This document shows positions 18,221-28,443 of a stretch of DNA of 64,000 nucleotides, piece after piece. The position numbers and the translations under genes are program-made. The stretch comes from Myxococcota bacterium (lineage in GTDB: Bacteria; Myxococcota_A; UBA796; CAJQPC01). The stretch covers positions 115,856 to 179,855 of the forward strand of contig JAZAMN010000059.1 in NCBI GenBank assembly GCA_036229005.1. Direction: 5' to 3'. Position 1 is the first letter of the stretch. Each line of letters starts with the position of its first letter. Below the pieces are notes generated by a model. That model had not been told where the DNA came from. It saw only the letters and a list, made by a program, of their open reading frames with translations, and did no database searches.

Positions 18221-19514
18221 GAGCCAAGACTACCCCAAGCGTTCTCAGAACAAGCGCCGCAGCAAGCCCAAGGCGCGCCGGACCAAGAAGCCGGAGGCCG
18301 AGAGCCAGCCCGCCGCTCCCCGCATCGGCGGCGACGCGGTCGTGGTCAACGGCTACTCCGCCAAGTGGCTGCGGCAGGGCTTCTGCTGGGTCTACCCGCA
18401 GGAGGTCGTGGGACGCCCCAAGCGCCTGCGCGCCGGGCAGGTGGTGAAGCTGGCCGATGAGCAGGGCGAGGACCTGGGCCGCGGGCTCTGGGACGAGGGC
18501 TGGCTGGCGGTGCGGCGCTTCCGCGAAGACAGCGGGCCGGTGGATCGCAGCCTGATCGCCGAGCGCCTGGACGCGGCGCAGGCCCTGCGCGACGTGGCGG
18601 TGGAGCAGGACACCACGGCCTACCGCCTGGTGCACGGGGAGAACGACCTGCTGCCGGGCATCCGGGTGGACGTGTACGGCCCGCACCTGGTGGTCACGCT
18701 CGACTCCCCCTCGGTCAAGCCGCTGCTGGGCGCGCTGGTCGAGGAGCTGGTGGCGCGCCTGTCCCCGCGCGGGATCCACCTGGCGTGGCGGCCGGACCCC
18801 CGGGACGACGTGGACACCTCGGAGCTCGAGTCCGGGCTGATCTGGGGCCACCCCCCTCCCGGCGATGTGCGGGTCACCGAGCGCGGCATCGCCTGCCTGG
18901 TGCGCCCCAGCGCCGGCAAGGACATCGGCCTCTATACCGACATGCGCACGAACCGCGCGTGGCTGGAGTCCTACTGGGGCGGCCGGCGGGTGCTGAACCT
19001 CTTCGCCCACACCGGCATGTTCTCGGTGGCCGCGGCCCTGTCCGGCGCGAGCGAGACGGTCTCGGTGGACCTGAGCGAGGCCTACCTGGACCGCGCCCAG
19101 GCCAACTTCGTGGCCAACGGCCTGGACCCCCAGATGCACAGCTTCCTGGCCGAGGACGTGCGCAAGGCCCTGGACCGCTTCCGCCGCACCGACGACCTCT
19201 TCGACGCCGTGATCCTGGACCCGCCGGGCTTCTCCCACGGGCCCGAGGGCCGCATGGCCGCCGGCAAGGACTACCCGCGCCTCGTAGCCGCCTCCCTCAA
19301 GGTGCTGGCCCCCGAGGGCTGGTTCATCGGCGCCCTGAACCTGGGCCAGGTCACCCCCCGCGAGTTCCACACGGCCGTGCGCGAGGGCGCCAAGCGCGCC
19401 GACCGCAAGCTGCAGCTCCTCTTCGAGGGCGGGCAGGCCCCGGACCACCCCGCGCTCGTGGAGTTCCCCGAGGGCCGCTACCTCAAGTTCGCTGTGTGGC
19501 GCTGCATCGGATGA
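18219..19514 (+). CDS. RlmI-family SAM-dependent rRNA methyltransferase (PUA + MTase)
   Basis: YRLVHGEND.LPG..VD.YG, GLYTDMR.NR, VLNLFAHTG.FS, VILDPP.F, YLK. Confidence 0.88.
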   Translation: MSQDYPKRSQNKRRSKPKARRTKKPEAESQPAAPRIGGDAVVVNGYSAKWLRQGFCWVYPQEVVGRPKRLRAGQVVKLADEQGEDLGRGLWDEGWLAVRRFREDSGPVDRSLIAERLDAAQALRDVAVEQDTTAYRLVHGENDLLPGIRVDVYGPHLVVTLDSPSVKPLLGALVEELVARLSPRGIHLAWRPDPRDDVDTSELESGLIWGHPPPGDVRVTERGIACLVRPSAGKDIGLYTDMRTNRAWLESYWGGRRVLNLFAHTGMFSVAAALSGASETVSVDLSEAYLDRAQANFVANGLDPQMHSFLAEDVRKALDRFRRTDDLFDAVILDPPGFSHGPEGRMAAGKDYPRLVAASLKVLAPEGWFIGALNLGQVTPREFHTAVREGAKRADRKLQLLFEGGQAPDHPALVEFPEGRYLKFAVWRCIG

Positions 19515-20482
19515 GCGTCTCCCACCAGCTCGAGCACCTCAAGCTCCCCTCGGCCGGAGGGAAGGGGCCCCGGATGCTCCCGAGCCATCGGCTCACCTCC
19601 GCACAGCGTGGGCCCACGGTCCTGATCACGGGCGGGGTGCACGGCGACGAGGTCACCGGTCTGGCGGCCATCCAGGCGCTGATCCCGAAGCTGGAGCAGG
19701 CCCTGGACCACGGGCGCGTGCAGCTCTACCCCAGCCTGAACCCGGCCGGCCTGGAGGCGGGGACCCGCACGGTGCCGGAGGACGGCGCGGACCTGAACCG
19801 CCACTTCCCGGGGGCGCGCCGCGGGGTGCCCACCGCGAAGCTCGCGCACTGTCTGTGGCAGCACATGGAGGGCCACCTGCCCGAGCTGCTGATCGACCTG
19901 CACGCGGACAGCGGCGCGTCCATCCCCTACTGCATCGTGGACCGGCACCTCAAGGGGAGCGCCCGGCTCACGGGCCAGTGCCAGCAGCTCGCGGAGGCCA
20001 CCGGGCTGACGGTGCTCATGGAGTACCCCCGCAAGCGCTACGCGGAGTACGGGCTGGAGCGCAGCCTGAGCGGCGCGGCCCTGAACCTGTGGGGCATCCC
20101 CAGCCTGACGCTGGAAGCCGGTCCTCGCCTGCGGGTGGATCCCGACGCGGTGGAGGCTGTGGTCCAGGCGGTGATGGGTGTGCTGGGCATGTTGGGCATG
20201 GTCCCCGCCGCTCCCTCTCCCCACCCGACCCGACTGGAGGGCGGCCCCTGGCGTCGCGAGGCCGGACCGCGCCTGTCCCACGACGGGCTGCTGGTGCCCA
20301 AGGTGCTGCCGGGTCAGAGCTTCCGCCGCGGGCAGCTCCTGGCCGAGGTGCGCAGCCTGGAGGGGCGCCTGCGGGAGCGCTTGTTGGCCACGCGTCAGGG
20401 GGCGGTGATCAGCCTGCCGGAGACGGGCTGGGCCTTGGCCGGGAGCGCCGCAGGGACATACGCTGTCGCCGAGGAGGCGTGA
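19511..20482 (+). CDS. Succinylglutamate desuccinylase/aspartoacylase (M14) family protein
   Basis: GGVHGDE, DLNRHFPG, IDLH, TLEAG; ATGA overlap with the previous gene. Confidence 0.88.
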   Translation: MSVSHQLEHLKLPSAGGKGPRMLPSHRLTSAQRGPTVLITGGVHGDEVTGLAAIQALIPKLEQALDHGRVQLYPSLNPAGLEAGTRTVPEDGADLNRHFPGARRGVPTAKLAHCLWQHMEGHLPELLIDLHADSGASIPYCIVDRHLKGSARLTGQCQQLAEATGLTVLMEYPRKRYAEYGLERSLSGAALNLWGIPSLTLEAGPRLRVDPDAVEAVVQAVMGVLGMLGMVPAAPSPHPTRLEGGPWRREAGPRLSHDGLLVPKVLPGQSFRRGQLLAEVRSLEGRLRERLLATRQGAVISLPETGWALAGSAAGTYAVAEEA

Positions 20483-20853
20483 TGCTGTTGCTGGCCCTTG
20501 GCTGCCTGCACCCCAAAGAGCCCGCGGTCGCGGCCAAGAGCCCGGACAACACGCCGCGGCTGGAGCGCGTGGCGCTGGACAGCGGCGAGGTCTGGCGCGG
20601 CGAGGTGGGCATCAGCTTTGCCCGGGACGTGCTCGGGGACGCCGCCGTGGACGCCTGCCTGACCGAGCTGGAGGACACCCGCTACGACACCTGCGCGATG
20701 CGCCTGCACAACTGCCTGACGGTGGTGGTGAGCGGCCCGGAGGACGCCACGGTGGTGCTGGACGCGGAGGGCTGCGGGGCGGACCTGCCCTCGGAGACCT
20801 GGCTGGTGGTGGACCACGAGGGCGAGGCCAAGCCGCGCGTGGTGAAGCCGTGA
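20482..20853 (+). CDS. Small hypothetical lipoprotein
   Basis: GGAGG SD; MLLLALGC; overlaps both neighbours. Confidence 0.7.
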   Translation: MLLLALGCLHPKEPAVAAKSPDNTPRLERVALDSGEVWRGEVGISFARDVLGDAAVDACLTELEDTRYDTCAMRLHNCLTVVVSGPEDATVVLDAEGCGADLPSETWLVVDHEGEAKPRVVKP

Positions 20854-21818
20854 TCCTGCTGACCGGCGGCACGGGGCAGATCGGCTCGGCGATCGCGCGG
20901 GAGTTGGTGGCCCAGGGACGCGACGTGCGCTGCCTGGTCCGCCGCAAGGAGCGCCTGGGGGTGCTGGACCCCGAGGGTGTGGAGCTGGTGCTGGGCGACG
21001 TGACCGACCTGGGCTCGCTGCGGGTGGCGGCCAAGGGCTGCAAGCAGGTGATCCACGCGGCCGGGGTGGTCAGCTACCTGGACAAGAACAAGGAGCTCCA
21101 GCGCGAGGTCAACGTGGGCGGCACGACCAACGTGCTGGACGCGGCGGCGTTCGTGGACGCGGACCGGGTGCTGCTGACCTCGTCGATCGCGGCGCTGGGG
21201 TGGGTGCCCGCGGGCGAGATCGGCGACGAGACCACCGCCTGGAACTGGGGCCCGCTGGGGCTGGGCTACTTCGACACCAAGCACGCGGCCGAGATCGCCG
21301 TGCTGAACGAGCACCGGCTGGAGGGCGTGGCGGTGAACCCGGGCATCACCCTGGGCGCCTACGACCTGCACCAGAACGGCGGCCGCATCCTGATGAACGT
21401 CCACAAGGGCATGCCGGGGGTGCCCCCAGGCGCGACGACTGTGGCCAGCCTGGACGACGTGGTGCAGGGGCACATCGCCGCGCTGGACAAGGGGCGGGCC
21501 GGCGAGCGCTACGTGCTGGGTGGGCACACGCCCAGCTTCCTGGAGCTGTTCACCGCCGCGGCCCAGGTGGTGGGCAAGCCGGCGCCGACCCGGGTGCTGC
21601 CCAAGTGGGTGACCAAGGTCGCGGGCGGCCTGCAGCTCCTCAAGGGTGCGCTGACCGACCAGGAGCCTCCCCTGACCCCCGGGCTGGCCGAGGTGAGCGC
21701 CCAGAACCGCCGCTACGCCAGCGACAAGGCGATCCGCGAGCTGGGCTACGCCCCCAAGCCCCTGGAGCACGGTCTGGAGGCCTGCTGGGCCTGGTACCGG
21801 GAGCAGGGCATCGTCTGA
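20850..21818 (+). CDS. NAD-dependent epimerase/dehydratase (dihydroflavonol-reductase/HpnA-like extended SDR)
   Basis: TGGTGQIG, HAAG, TSS, YFDTK (YxxxK), GRAGERYVLGG. Confidence 0.9.
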   Translation: MILLTGGTGQIGSAIARELVAQGRDVRCLVRRKERLGVLDPEGVELVLGDVTDLGSLRVAAKGCKQVIHAAGVVSYLDKNKELQREVNVGGTTNVLDAAAFVDADRVLLTSSIAALGWVPAGEIGDETTAWNWGPLGLGYFDTKHAAEIAVLNEHRLEGVAVNPGITLGAYDLHQNGGRILMNVHKGMPGVPPGATTVASLDDVVQGHIAALDKGRAGERYVLGGHTPSFLELFTAAAQVVGKPAPTRVLPKWVTKVAGGLQLLKGALTDQEPPLTPGLAEVSAQNRRYASDKAIRELGYAPKPLEHGLEACWAWYREQGIV

Positions 21819-21834
21819 GGCTCCCCCTCAGGGG

Positions 21835-22962
21835 CTATCGGGCGCAGATCCCGGGGTGGACCCGCCAGTGCTCCAGGCCGATGGCGTCCTGCCCTTCGAT
21901 GCGCGTGACGACCAGATCCAGGGCGCCGTCTGCCGTCAGGTCGTGCAGGGCGTACCAGATGCGCCCGGTGGTGGCCTCGGGGGCGGGGAAGCTGCCGGCC
22001 GGGTAGCCCTCGGGCAGGTGTACGAGCGCCGTGGGCTCCCCCAGAGTGTCGAGCTCCAGGCTGTAGCGCTGCCACGCCGTGTCGCTGTGGGCGGGGTCGA
22101 TCAGGGCCAGCCTGTCCTCGTCGATGGGCATGAGCGTCGCGGTGTCCGGGAGGACGAGGGGCTCAGGGGGTGAGAACGACTGGGGCCCACCAAAGGAGAT
22201 CCCCGCCTCCCCGAACCAGTCGAGCCATCCGTCCCCGTCGAGGTCCTGGAGGGTGCCTCCGACGCCGGGGGCCTGGACGCTGACCCCGTTGGACGCGAAG
22301 CTGCCGGCCTGCCCGGGGTGGATCTCCCAGCCGCCCTCGGTGGCGATCCACAGGTCGGGCCAGCCGTCGCCCTGCCAGTCGCCCAGGTGGAAGCTGGCGC
22401 CGCGGATCGCCAGGGGGAGGTTGTAGAGGAAGGCGCTGTCGGAGAAGCCCTGTTCGGCTCTGGGGTACACCAACCAGTAGCTCTGGCCCAGCTCACTGGA
22501 GCCGGGGAGCTGGGTGACGACGAGGTCCTGCTGGCCGTCCCCGCTGAGGTCCAGCAGGCGCCAGTCCAGGTCTTCGCCGTCCAGGTTCTCGAGCTGGCCC
22601 AGGCTGCTGGCCAGGGGGCCGGGCACCGGGAAGGGGTTGGGGTCGAGCGCGAAGCCGGCGCCGCTGTTGTCGTGCACGGACCAGCCGCCCTCGGCGTGGG
22701 CGGGCTCGGTGTAGACCAGCGAGAGGCCCTGGCCCAGGTCCAGCAGGCCCCAGTTGTTGCCGCCGGGATCCGGGTCCACGGGCAGACGGAGGGAGCCCTG
22801 GCTGTCGGCGGGGAGCGTCCAGATCAGGGCCTGGTTGGCGAAAGCGGCGACCTCGCAGGGGGCCGGCGGCGCAGTGTCCGGGCCGGTGTCCACGGGGGCG
22901 GGGTCCAGACCGCAGCCCAGCAGCCCCATCGCGGCCGGGGCCATCAGCGCCAGGCTCAGCAC
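21835..22962 (-). CDS. FG-GAP/VCBS-repeat lipoprotein
   Basis: LLGC lipobox; repeated DLSGDGQQDL, DWQGDGWPDL, DLDGDGWLD, DLTADGALDL. Confidence 0.78.
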   Translation of the reverse strand: MLSLALMAPAAMGLLGCGLDPAPVDTGPDTAPPAPCEVAAFANQALIWTLPADSQGSLRLPVDPDPGGNNWGLLDLGQGLSLVYTEPAHAEGGWSVHDNSGAGFALDPNPFPVPGPLASSLGQLENLDGEDLDWRLLDLSGDGQQDLVVTQLPGSSELGQSYWLVYPRAEQGFSDSAFLYNLPLAIRGASFHLGDWQGDGWPDLWIATEGGWEIHPGQAGSFASNGVSVQAPGVGGTLQDLDGDGWLDWFGEAGISFGGPQSFSPPEPLVLPDTATLMPIDEDRLALIDPAHSDTAWQRYSLELDTLGEPTALVHLPEGYPAGSFPAPEATTGRIWYALHDLTADGALDLVVTRIEGQDAIGLEHWRVHPGICAR

Positions 22963-23915
22963 GCGCCTCCGACCAGGGCCTCGACGACCTGGGCACGGGA
23001 GCGGGGGCCGTAGGTGGCGACCCAGTCGGGGTTCGGCAAGCGCATGGGCTGGACCTCAAGGTACCTGGGCAGCTCGGGGTCCGGGAGCAGCTCGCCCTTG
23101 ATGCGGCGCACCAGGCGGCCCCCCAGGCTGGTGCGCAGGGGGGGCGGCTCGCGGAAGGTCTGGCGGCACATGGCCTGGTGGAGCTGCTCGAAGCTGGCCA
23201 GGAGGCTCACGGCATCTACCCGGCTGAGCTTGGCGACGAAGCGGCGCTCCCCGGGCATGGCCTGGCCCTGGACCCGGGCGACGATGGAGCGGGCGAGCTC
23301 GTCCATGTGGACGAAGGGCAGCGGGGTCTGGGCGCCGGGGAGCTCCAGGTGGGTGCCGGACTCAGCGGCGGCGGCGGCGGCCTCCAGCCAGCCGGTGAGG
23401 GCCCCGGTGCTGCCCAGCGCGCCGAAGGGGTGCCCCGCGCGGACGATGCAGGTCTCCACGCCGCTGCGGCGGGCGAAGAAGCCGACACGGGCCTCGGCGG
23501 CGCAGAGGGTGGCCAGCCAGGTGGAGCCGAAGGCGCTGGCGTCCACGTCGGGCTCGTCGGGGGAGGGGTGGTCCAGCAGGGCGGAGCTCAGGGTGATCAG
23601 CAGCTCGGGGTCGCCGAACGCGGAGAAGGCGTGGAGCAGCGACTGGGTGGCCTTGAGGTTGCGCTCGATGAGCTGGCCGTCGCTGCCCTGGGCGTCCTGG
23701 TCCAGGTGCAGCAGGGCCTGCACGCCGCGGATGCGCTCGCCGTACTGCTGGGGGCAGAGGGGGTCGGCCTCGATGACAGGCACGCCCCACTCCGCGCTGC
23801 GCACAGGGTCCAGCTCGCCGGGGCGGGCCAGCACCAGCAGCTCATGTTCGTCGCGCAGACCGAGCAGGACGCGGCGACCCAGGGGGCCGTGGGCGCCCGT
23901 GAGGAGGATCTTCAT
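22956..23915 (-). CDS. Atypical NAD(P)-binding SDR/epimerase-like protein
   Basis: MKILLTGAHGPLG Rossmann motif; catalytic YxxxK replaced (WLATL); GGAGG SD, ATGA overlap. Confidence 0.75.
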   Translation of the reverse strand: MKILLTGAHGPLGRRVLLGLRDEHELLVLARPGELDPVRSAEWGVPVIEADPLCPQQYGERIRGVQALLHLDQDAQGSDGQLIERNLKATQSLLHAFSAFGDPELLITLSSALLDHPSPDEPDVDASAFGSTWLATLCAAEARVGFFARRSGVETCIVRAGHPFGALGSTGALTGWLEAAAAAAESGTHLELPGAQTPLPFVHMDELARSIVARVQGQAMPGERRFVAKLSRVDAVSLLASFEQLHQAMCRQTFREPPPLRTSLGGRLVRRIKGELLPDPELPRYLEVQPMRLPNPDWVATYGPRSRAQVVEALVGGAC

Positions 23916-25057
23916 GCGCCCACCTCCTGGATGAGGGCCACGAGCTCGGACTGGACCTGCTCCCGCCGGACGGGGCAGCCTCCAATGTGGGGGACGCCGT
24001 GCTCCTTGGCGAAGCATGCGCTGCAGTCCCCCAGAGCCACCGCGGGGCGCTCCGGCTCGGGCGTCCGGGTCTCGGGCTGGTGCCCCATGTAGAGGTCCAC
24101 GCCGTCCACAAAGAGGCGCTTGGCCAGGGTGGCCATGGTGCGCAGGCGCGTGGGCTGCTCGCGGGCGAAGTCCAGCACCGACTCGGCGGCCACGTGGCAG
24201 GTCGCGCAGCTATCTCCGGGGAACACGCGGGCGGCGCGGGTGGGGTGCAGCACGCCGGTGGGCTGCTTGAAGTCGCGGCGCTGATCGGCCCACTGCTGGG
24301 GGGGCGCGGGGAGCTCGCGGTCCAGGGCCTTGGCCAGAGCGGCGATGTGCTCGACCTGGGCGGGCTCAAGTCCCATCAGCCAGGCGGCGGCGGCGTCGAC
24401 CTCCAGCAGGTCGGTCCCGCCCAGGTAGTAGCCGGTCTGCACGGGGTCTCCGTGGTGGGGGCCCTCGCCCTCCATGGCCAGCTCCGCCTCGACCAGGGTC
24501 AGCCCCGGCTGCAGGGTGGCGCCGAGCTGCCCCATGAGCGGCTCCAGGCCCTCGCGGTGCATGCGCAGGGACTCGCTGTCGGGGAGCAGGCCCATCAGGC
24601 CCTTGGTGCCCACCGCCATGCGGGTGCCGGAGTGGGTCTTGAGGCGCACGCAGTTGATCAGCAGGTCCTGCTCCGAGAGCACCGAGGGCACCAGGAAGCC
24701 CCCCCGCAGGCTCATGGGCTCGACCTCCAGGTCCACCAGGCGCAGGTGGGGGAAGTCCTCCAGCAGCTCCATGCAGCCGGTCCCTTCGAGCAGGTCCATG
24801 AACGAGGTGTAGGGCACATCCGGCGGGGTGAGCAGCGCGCTGTGGGCCAGGCAGACCGAGCGGATCCCCTGCTCCTGCAGCCAGCTCAGCAGCGCGTGGA
24901 GGAAGGCGCGGCTGGTGGTCTCCGCGGGAGCTGGGTCCACCGCGTTCCAGTCGGGCTTGATGATCACCCGGCTGGCGGGCTGCAGCCCCAAGTCGAGGTC
25001 ATCGAGGAGCTGCTTGAGGGACCCGCGCGGGTCGGTGAAGGGCGTCAGCGCGATCAT
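23912..25057 (-). CDS. DUF362 family protein with C-terminal Cys cluster
   Basis: VIIKPDW, LKTH...KGLMG, MEGEGPHHG.P; C-terminal CATC, GDC, GCP. Confidence 0.85.
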   Translation of the reverse strand: MIALTPFTDPRGSLKQLLDDLDLGLQPASRVIIKPDWNAVDPAPAETTSRAFLHALLSWLQEQGIRSVCLAHSALLTPPDVPYTSFMDLLEGTGCMELLEDFPHLRLVDLEVEPMSLRGGFLVPSVLSEQDLLINCVRLKTHSGTRMAVGTKGLMGLLPDSESLRMHREGLEPLMGQLGATLQPGLTLVEAELAMEGEGPHHGDPVQTGYYLGGTDLLEVDAAAAWLMGLEPAQVEHIAALAKALDRELPAPPQQWADQRRDFKQPTGVLHPTRAARVFPGDSCATCHVAAESVLDFAREQPTRLRTMATLAKRLFVDGVDLYMGHQPETRTPEPERPAVALGDCSACFAKEHGVPHIGGCPVRREQVQSELVALIQEVGA

Positions 25058-25120
25058 GCACCCACCTTAGCCCGCTGGCCCCCCCTCATGGGAGGGTCGC
25101 TGCGATCCGCTGACGGGAGC

Positions 25121-25753
25121 ATGAGCACCTCCCTCCCCACGCGGCCCTGGACCCAGGCTGGGCCCGCCCAGATCTCCACGCTGGTCACCCTCGCGGGGGG
25201 CATGGCGATCACCGCCCTGGCCTCCCTCGCGGACCCCGGCCCCGCCCTGCTGATCTTCTCCGGGGGCGTGACCATGGGGGTCACGGGCGCGATCTGGGCG
25301 CTCATCGCGCGCCGCCCGCCCACTCGCTGGGCTCAGGTCGCCGAGGCCCAGGGCCTGACCTGGGAGCGCAAGGGCAAGGTGGAGTGGCTGCGCGGCAACT
25401 GGGGCGGCCGCAGAGTCAGCGTCCGGGTCTGGGGCCGCCGCATGGACGTGACCTGCGCCCCCTTCAAGGAGCTGGAGCGCGACTTCCCCGCCTCCAGCGA
25501 GGCCCTCAAGGAGCACCTGGCCGCCGTGCAGCGCGGTGTCCCTCCGGCCTCCGATTTGGGCGACCCCATCGTGCGGGCGGCGTTCGCCGAGACCCTGAGC
25601 GCGGGCTTCGAGGTGCGCGGCCTGGCCGGCGAGCTGGACCTCCGCGGCCCCCCCAAACCCGAGGCGGTCCCGCGCATGCTGGAGGCGGTGGTGAGCCTGT
25701 GCATGACCCTGGATCAGAGCCGCCTTCGCCGAAAGACCGACACCCTGTTCTGA
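25121..25753 (+). CDS. Hypothetical membrane protein (2 TM)
   Basis: GGGAG SD before ATG 25121; two hydrophobic segments. Confidence 0.65.
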   Translation: MSTSLPTRPWTQAGPAQISTLVTLAGGMAITALASLADPGPALLIFSGGVTMGVTGAIWALIARRPPTRWAQVAEAQGLTWERKGKVEWLRGNWGGRRVSVRVWGRRMDVTCAPFKELERDFPASSEALKEHLAAVQRGVPPASDLGDPIVRAAFAETLSAGFEVRGLAGELDLRGPPKPEAVPRMLEAVVSLCMTLDQSRLRRKTDTLF

Positions 25754-25806
25754 GGGAGCGAGCGCACACCGGGTAGGCTAAGGAGAGGTACTGACCCGGA
25801 GTCAAG

Positions 25807-27699
25807 ATGTGGATGCTGCTGCTGGCCTGTAGCCAGGTGACCCCGCGCGAGGCTGGGGACCGCACCCCGCCCCCCGCCGCCGACTGCGACCCCCTGGATC
25901 CCGTCCACTGCCTGCTCCCCTTCCCGTCCAACAGCAGCATGGTCGCCGACGCCAGCACCGAGACCGGGCTGCGCATGGCCTTCGACCCCAGCTCCCTGGG
26001 CGTGGACGATGACCCCAGCTTCCTGAACCTGGCCGACGGCTTCTCCCGGATCACCGGCGTGGCCGTGGCCTTCGACCAGGTGCTCGACCCCAGCATCGCC
26101 AGCGAGTCGGTGCTCCCGGCGGTCGAGGGCACCGGCCCTCTGCAGGTGTTCAACGCGCAGGTGGGCAGCGACCGCTACGGCCAGCGCATGGCGTACTGGA
26201 CCGAGCTCTACGACGCCTCCAACGTCAGCTCCGAGCGCACGATGCTGGTGGGCCGCCCCGAAGAGGTGCTGGAGGCCAACGCCGACCACGTCTTCGTGGT
26301 GCTGGACTCCAGCGGCGGCGCCGTCACCGAGTCCGTGCAGGTGGCGCTGGGCCTGACCGAGCCCCGCGGCTCGGACGAAGAGGCGCTGGCCGCCCACTAC
26401 GCCCCCACCGCCGACTTCCTGGTGGAGCAGGGCATCGACCTGGAGAGCGTGGTGCGCTTCGGCGAGTTCACCACCCGCTCCGAGGCCGACCCCCAGAAGC
26501 GCATGGAGGCCATGATGGCCGCGCTGGAGGACGCCAGCTCCGATCTGGGCGTGGAGATCGACGCCGTGGTGGAGCCCGCAGATCCCGCCGTGGCCGCCAT
26601 CGTGCGCGGCCGCCTGACCGGCGCCCCCAGCTTCCTGAACGATGACGGCACCCTGGAGCTGGACGCCGACGGCAACCCCAGCATCGTGGGCACCGCCGAC
26701 ATCGAGTTCCGCATCAGCATCCCCGCCGACGTCGAGAACTACCGGGTCGTGCTCTACGGCCACGGCACCGGCGGCGACGTCACCGACTCCTCCTTCGACA
26801 CCGAGCTGGCCGAGTACGGCATCGCCAAGCTCAACCTGCGCTTCGACGGCTGGACCGGCACCGACTTCGTGGGCACCCTGGGCGACCTGAGCGCCTTCCT
26901 GGAGGGCAGCGAGCGGAGCACCTCCGGACTGCTGGAGTCCCTGGCGGGGGGAACGGTCCTGGTGACCTCGCTTGGGGGCGCGCTCGGAGAGACCCTGAGC
27001 GCCGAGACCCTGGGCGGTGAGCCCAACCCTGCCGCGGGCCAGGTCCCCCGCTCGGACGAGGTCGTCTGGATGGGCGGCTCCCTGGGTGGCACGCTGGGCG
27101 CCGTGATCGTGTCCGCGGACCCGCGCCTGACCAAGGCCGTGCTCAACGTGCCCGGCACCGGCTGGAGCCACATGATTCCGCACTCCCTGCTCTACGACGT
27201 GGGCCTGGGTGATGCGCTGGAGGGCAACTACGGCAGCATCGTCGACCTGCAGATCGTGCTGCTGGCCGGCCAGGTCTCCTGGGACGACGTCGACGGCGCG
27301 GTGTGGGCCGACAAGGCGCTGGACGTGGGCGGCAGCTTCCTGCTCCAGCAGTCCATGGGCGACCCCGTGCTCCCCAACCTGGGCACGCGCCTGCTGGCCC
27401 GCAGCCTGAACGCCGTGCAGCTCGAGCCCAGCCTGGAGCCCCTCTACGGCGCGGAGACCACCACCGACACCGTCCAGACCGGCGCCGCCCTGGAGCAGTT
27501 CTGGGTCGCGGACACCGGCCCCTACGACGTCCACGGCTTCGCAGCGCGCAACACCATCGCCGGAGACGCCGCCCTGGAGCAGATCCTGCTCTTCGCCCAG
27601 GACGCCTGGGAGGGCCAGACCCCCATGAGCCACCCCAGCATCTGCACGGACCAGGGCGCGGACGGGACCTGTGACTTCCGGGCGCTGACGGAGGACTGA
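25807..27699 (+). CDS. Lipoprotein with C-terminal alpha/beta-hydrolase (lipase-like) domain
   Basis: MWMLLLAC; LPFPSN/DGFS N-domain motifs; YGHG, GGSLGG nucleophile elbow, GDPV.PN, HGF. Confidence 0.78.
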   Translation: MWMLLLACSQVTPREAGDRTPPPAADCDPLDPVHCLLPFPSNSSMVADASTETGLRMAFDPSSLGVDDDPSFLNLADGFSRITGVAVAFDQVLDPSIASESVLPAVEGTGPLQVFNAQVGSDRYGQRMAYWTELYDASNVSSERTMLVGRPEEVLEANADHVFVVLDSSGGAVTESVQVALGLTEPRGSDEEALAAHYAPTADFLVEQGIDLESVVRFGEFTTRSEADPQKRMEAMMAALEDASSDLGVEIDAVVEPADPAVAAIVRGRLTGAPSFLNDDGTLELDADGNPSIVGTADIEFRISIPADVENYRVVLYGHGTGGDVTDSSFDTELAEYGIAKLNLRFDGWTGTDFVGTLGDLSAFLEGSERSTSGLLESLAGGTVLVTSLGGALGETLSAETLGGEPNPAAGQVPRSDEVVWMGGSLGGTLGAVIVSADPRLTKAVLNVPGTGWSHMIPHSLLYDVGLGDALEGNYGSIVDLQIVLLAGQVSWDDVDGAVWADKALDVGGSFLLQQSMGDPVLPNLGTRLLARSLNAVQLEPSLEPLYGAETTTDTVQTGAALEQFWVADTGPYDVHGFAARNTIAGDAALEQILLFAQDAWEGQTPMSHPSICTDQGADGTCDFRALTED

Positions 27700-27726
27700 G
27701 CCTGGTTCTCCCTTGACGTCTTCTCG

Positions 27727-28353
27727 ATGGAGGGGAAGAGTGGCTGCATGACGCACACAAGTGGGATGGCCCTCCTCCTGGGCCTCTGGGGCGCGGCCCC
27801 ACCGGACAGCACGCCCTCCACCGGCGAGGACACACTGGGCCTGCAGCTCGGCGTCGCGGGGGCCTGGGCGCCCAGCGGGCCGCTCTCCACCCCCTACGCG
27901 CGGGCCCAGCTGCGGCTGCCGGTGAACAGCGACAGCGCGATGTTGCTGGGGCTGGGCGTCGACCTGGGGACGGACCGGCAGACCGTGACCTGGGAGAACG
28001 ACACGCCACTCACCATCGACGGCCACTGGACAGTGCGCAGCACGCAGCTGAGCCTCCGCCCTGCCCTGGCCTTCCGGAGCAGCCCGCAGCGCCCGCTGCA
28101 GGGCGAGCTGGCCTTTGGCGTCGTCGCCGTCCTGGACCGGGAGCGCTGGCGCGCAACCGACGGGTCCGAGCGGCTCACCGACAGCGCGGTGCAGACCCAG
28201 ACCTACATCGCCCCCTCCGCACAGGCGGCGCTGCTCTACGCCCTGGGTCCGGGGCGCGTCGAGCTCGGGGCGAGCGTCGATCTCCACGGCGACGGCTTGG
28301 GCGGCTACGTCCCGATGGGGAGCGCGCACCTTGGGTATCGCTGGGTGCTCTGA
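27727..28353 (+). CDS. Putative small outer-membrane beta-barrel protein (start uncertain)
   Basis: Alternating amphipathic strands; C-terminal HLGYRWVL beta-signal-like end. Confidence 0.6.
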   Translation: MEGKSGCMTHTSGMALLLGLWGAAPPDSTPSTGEDTLGLQLGVAGAWAPSGPLSTPYARAQLRLPVNSDSAMLLGLGVDLGTDRQTVTWENDTPLTIDGHWTVRSTQLSLRPALAFRSSPQRPLQGELAFGVVAVLDRERWRATDGSERLTDSAVQTQTYIAPSAQAALLYALGPGRVELGASVDLHGDGLGGYVPMGSAHLGYRWVL

Positions 28354-28443
28354 AGGCCCGAAGCGTCAGGCTTTCGGCCGCACCCATGTCAGGCTCGTAT
28401 CAGGGATGCACAGCTACCCTGAAGGGGTCGTGATGGAGCGCGC

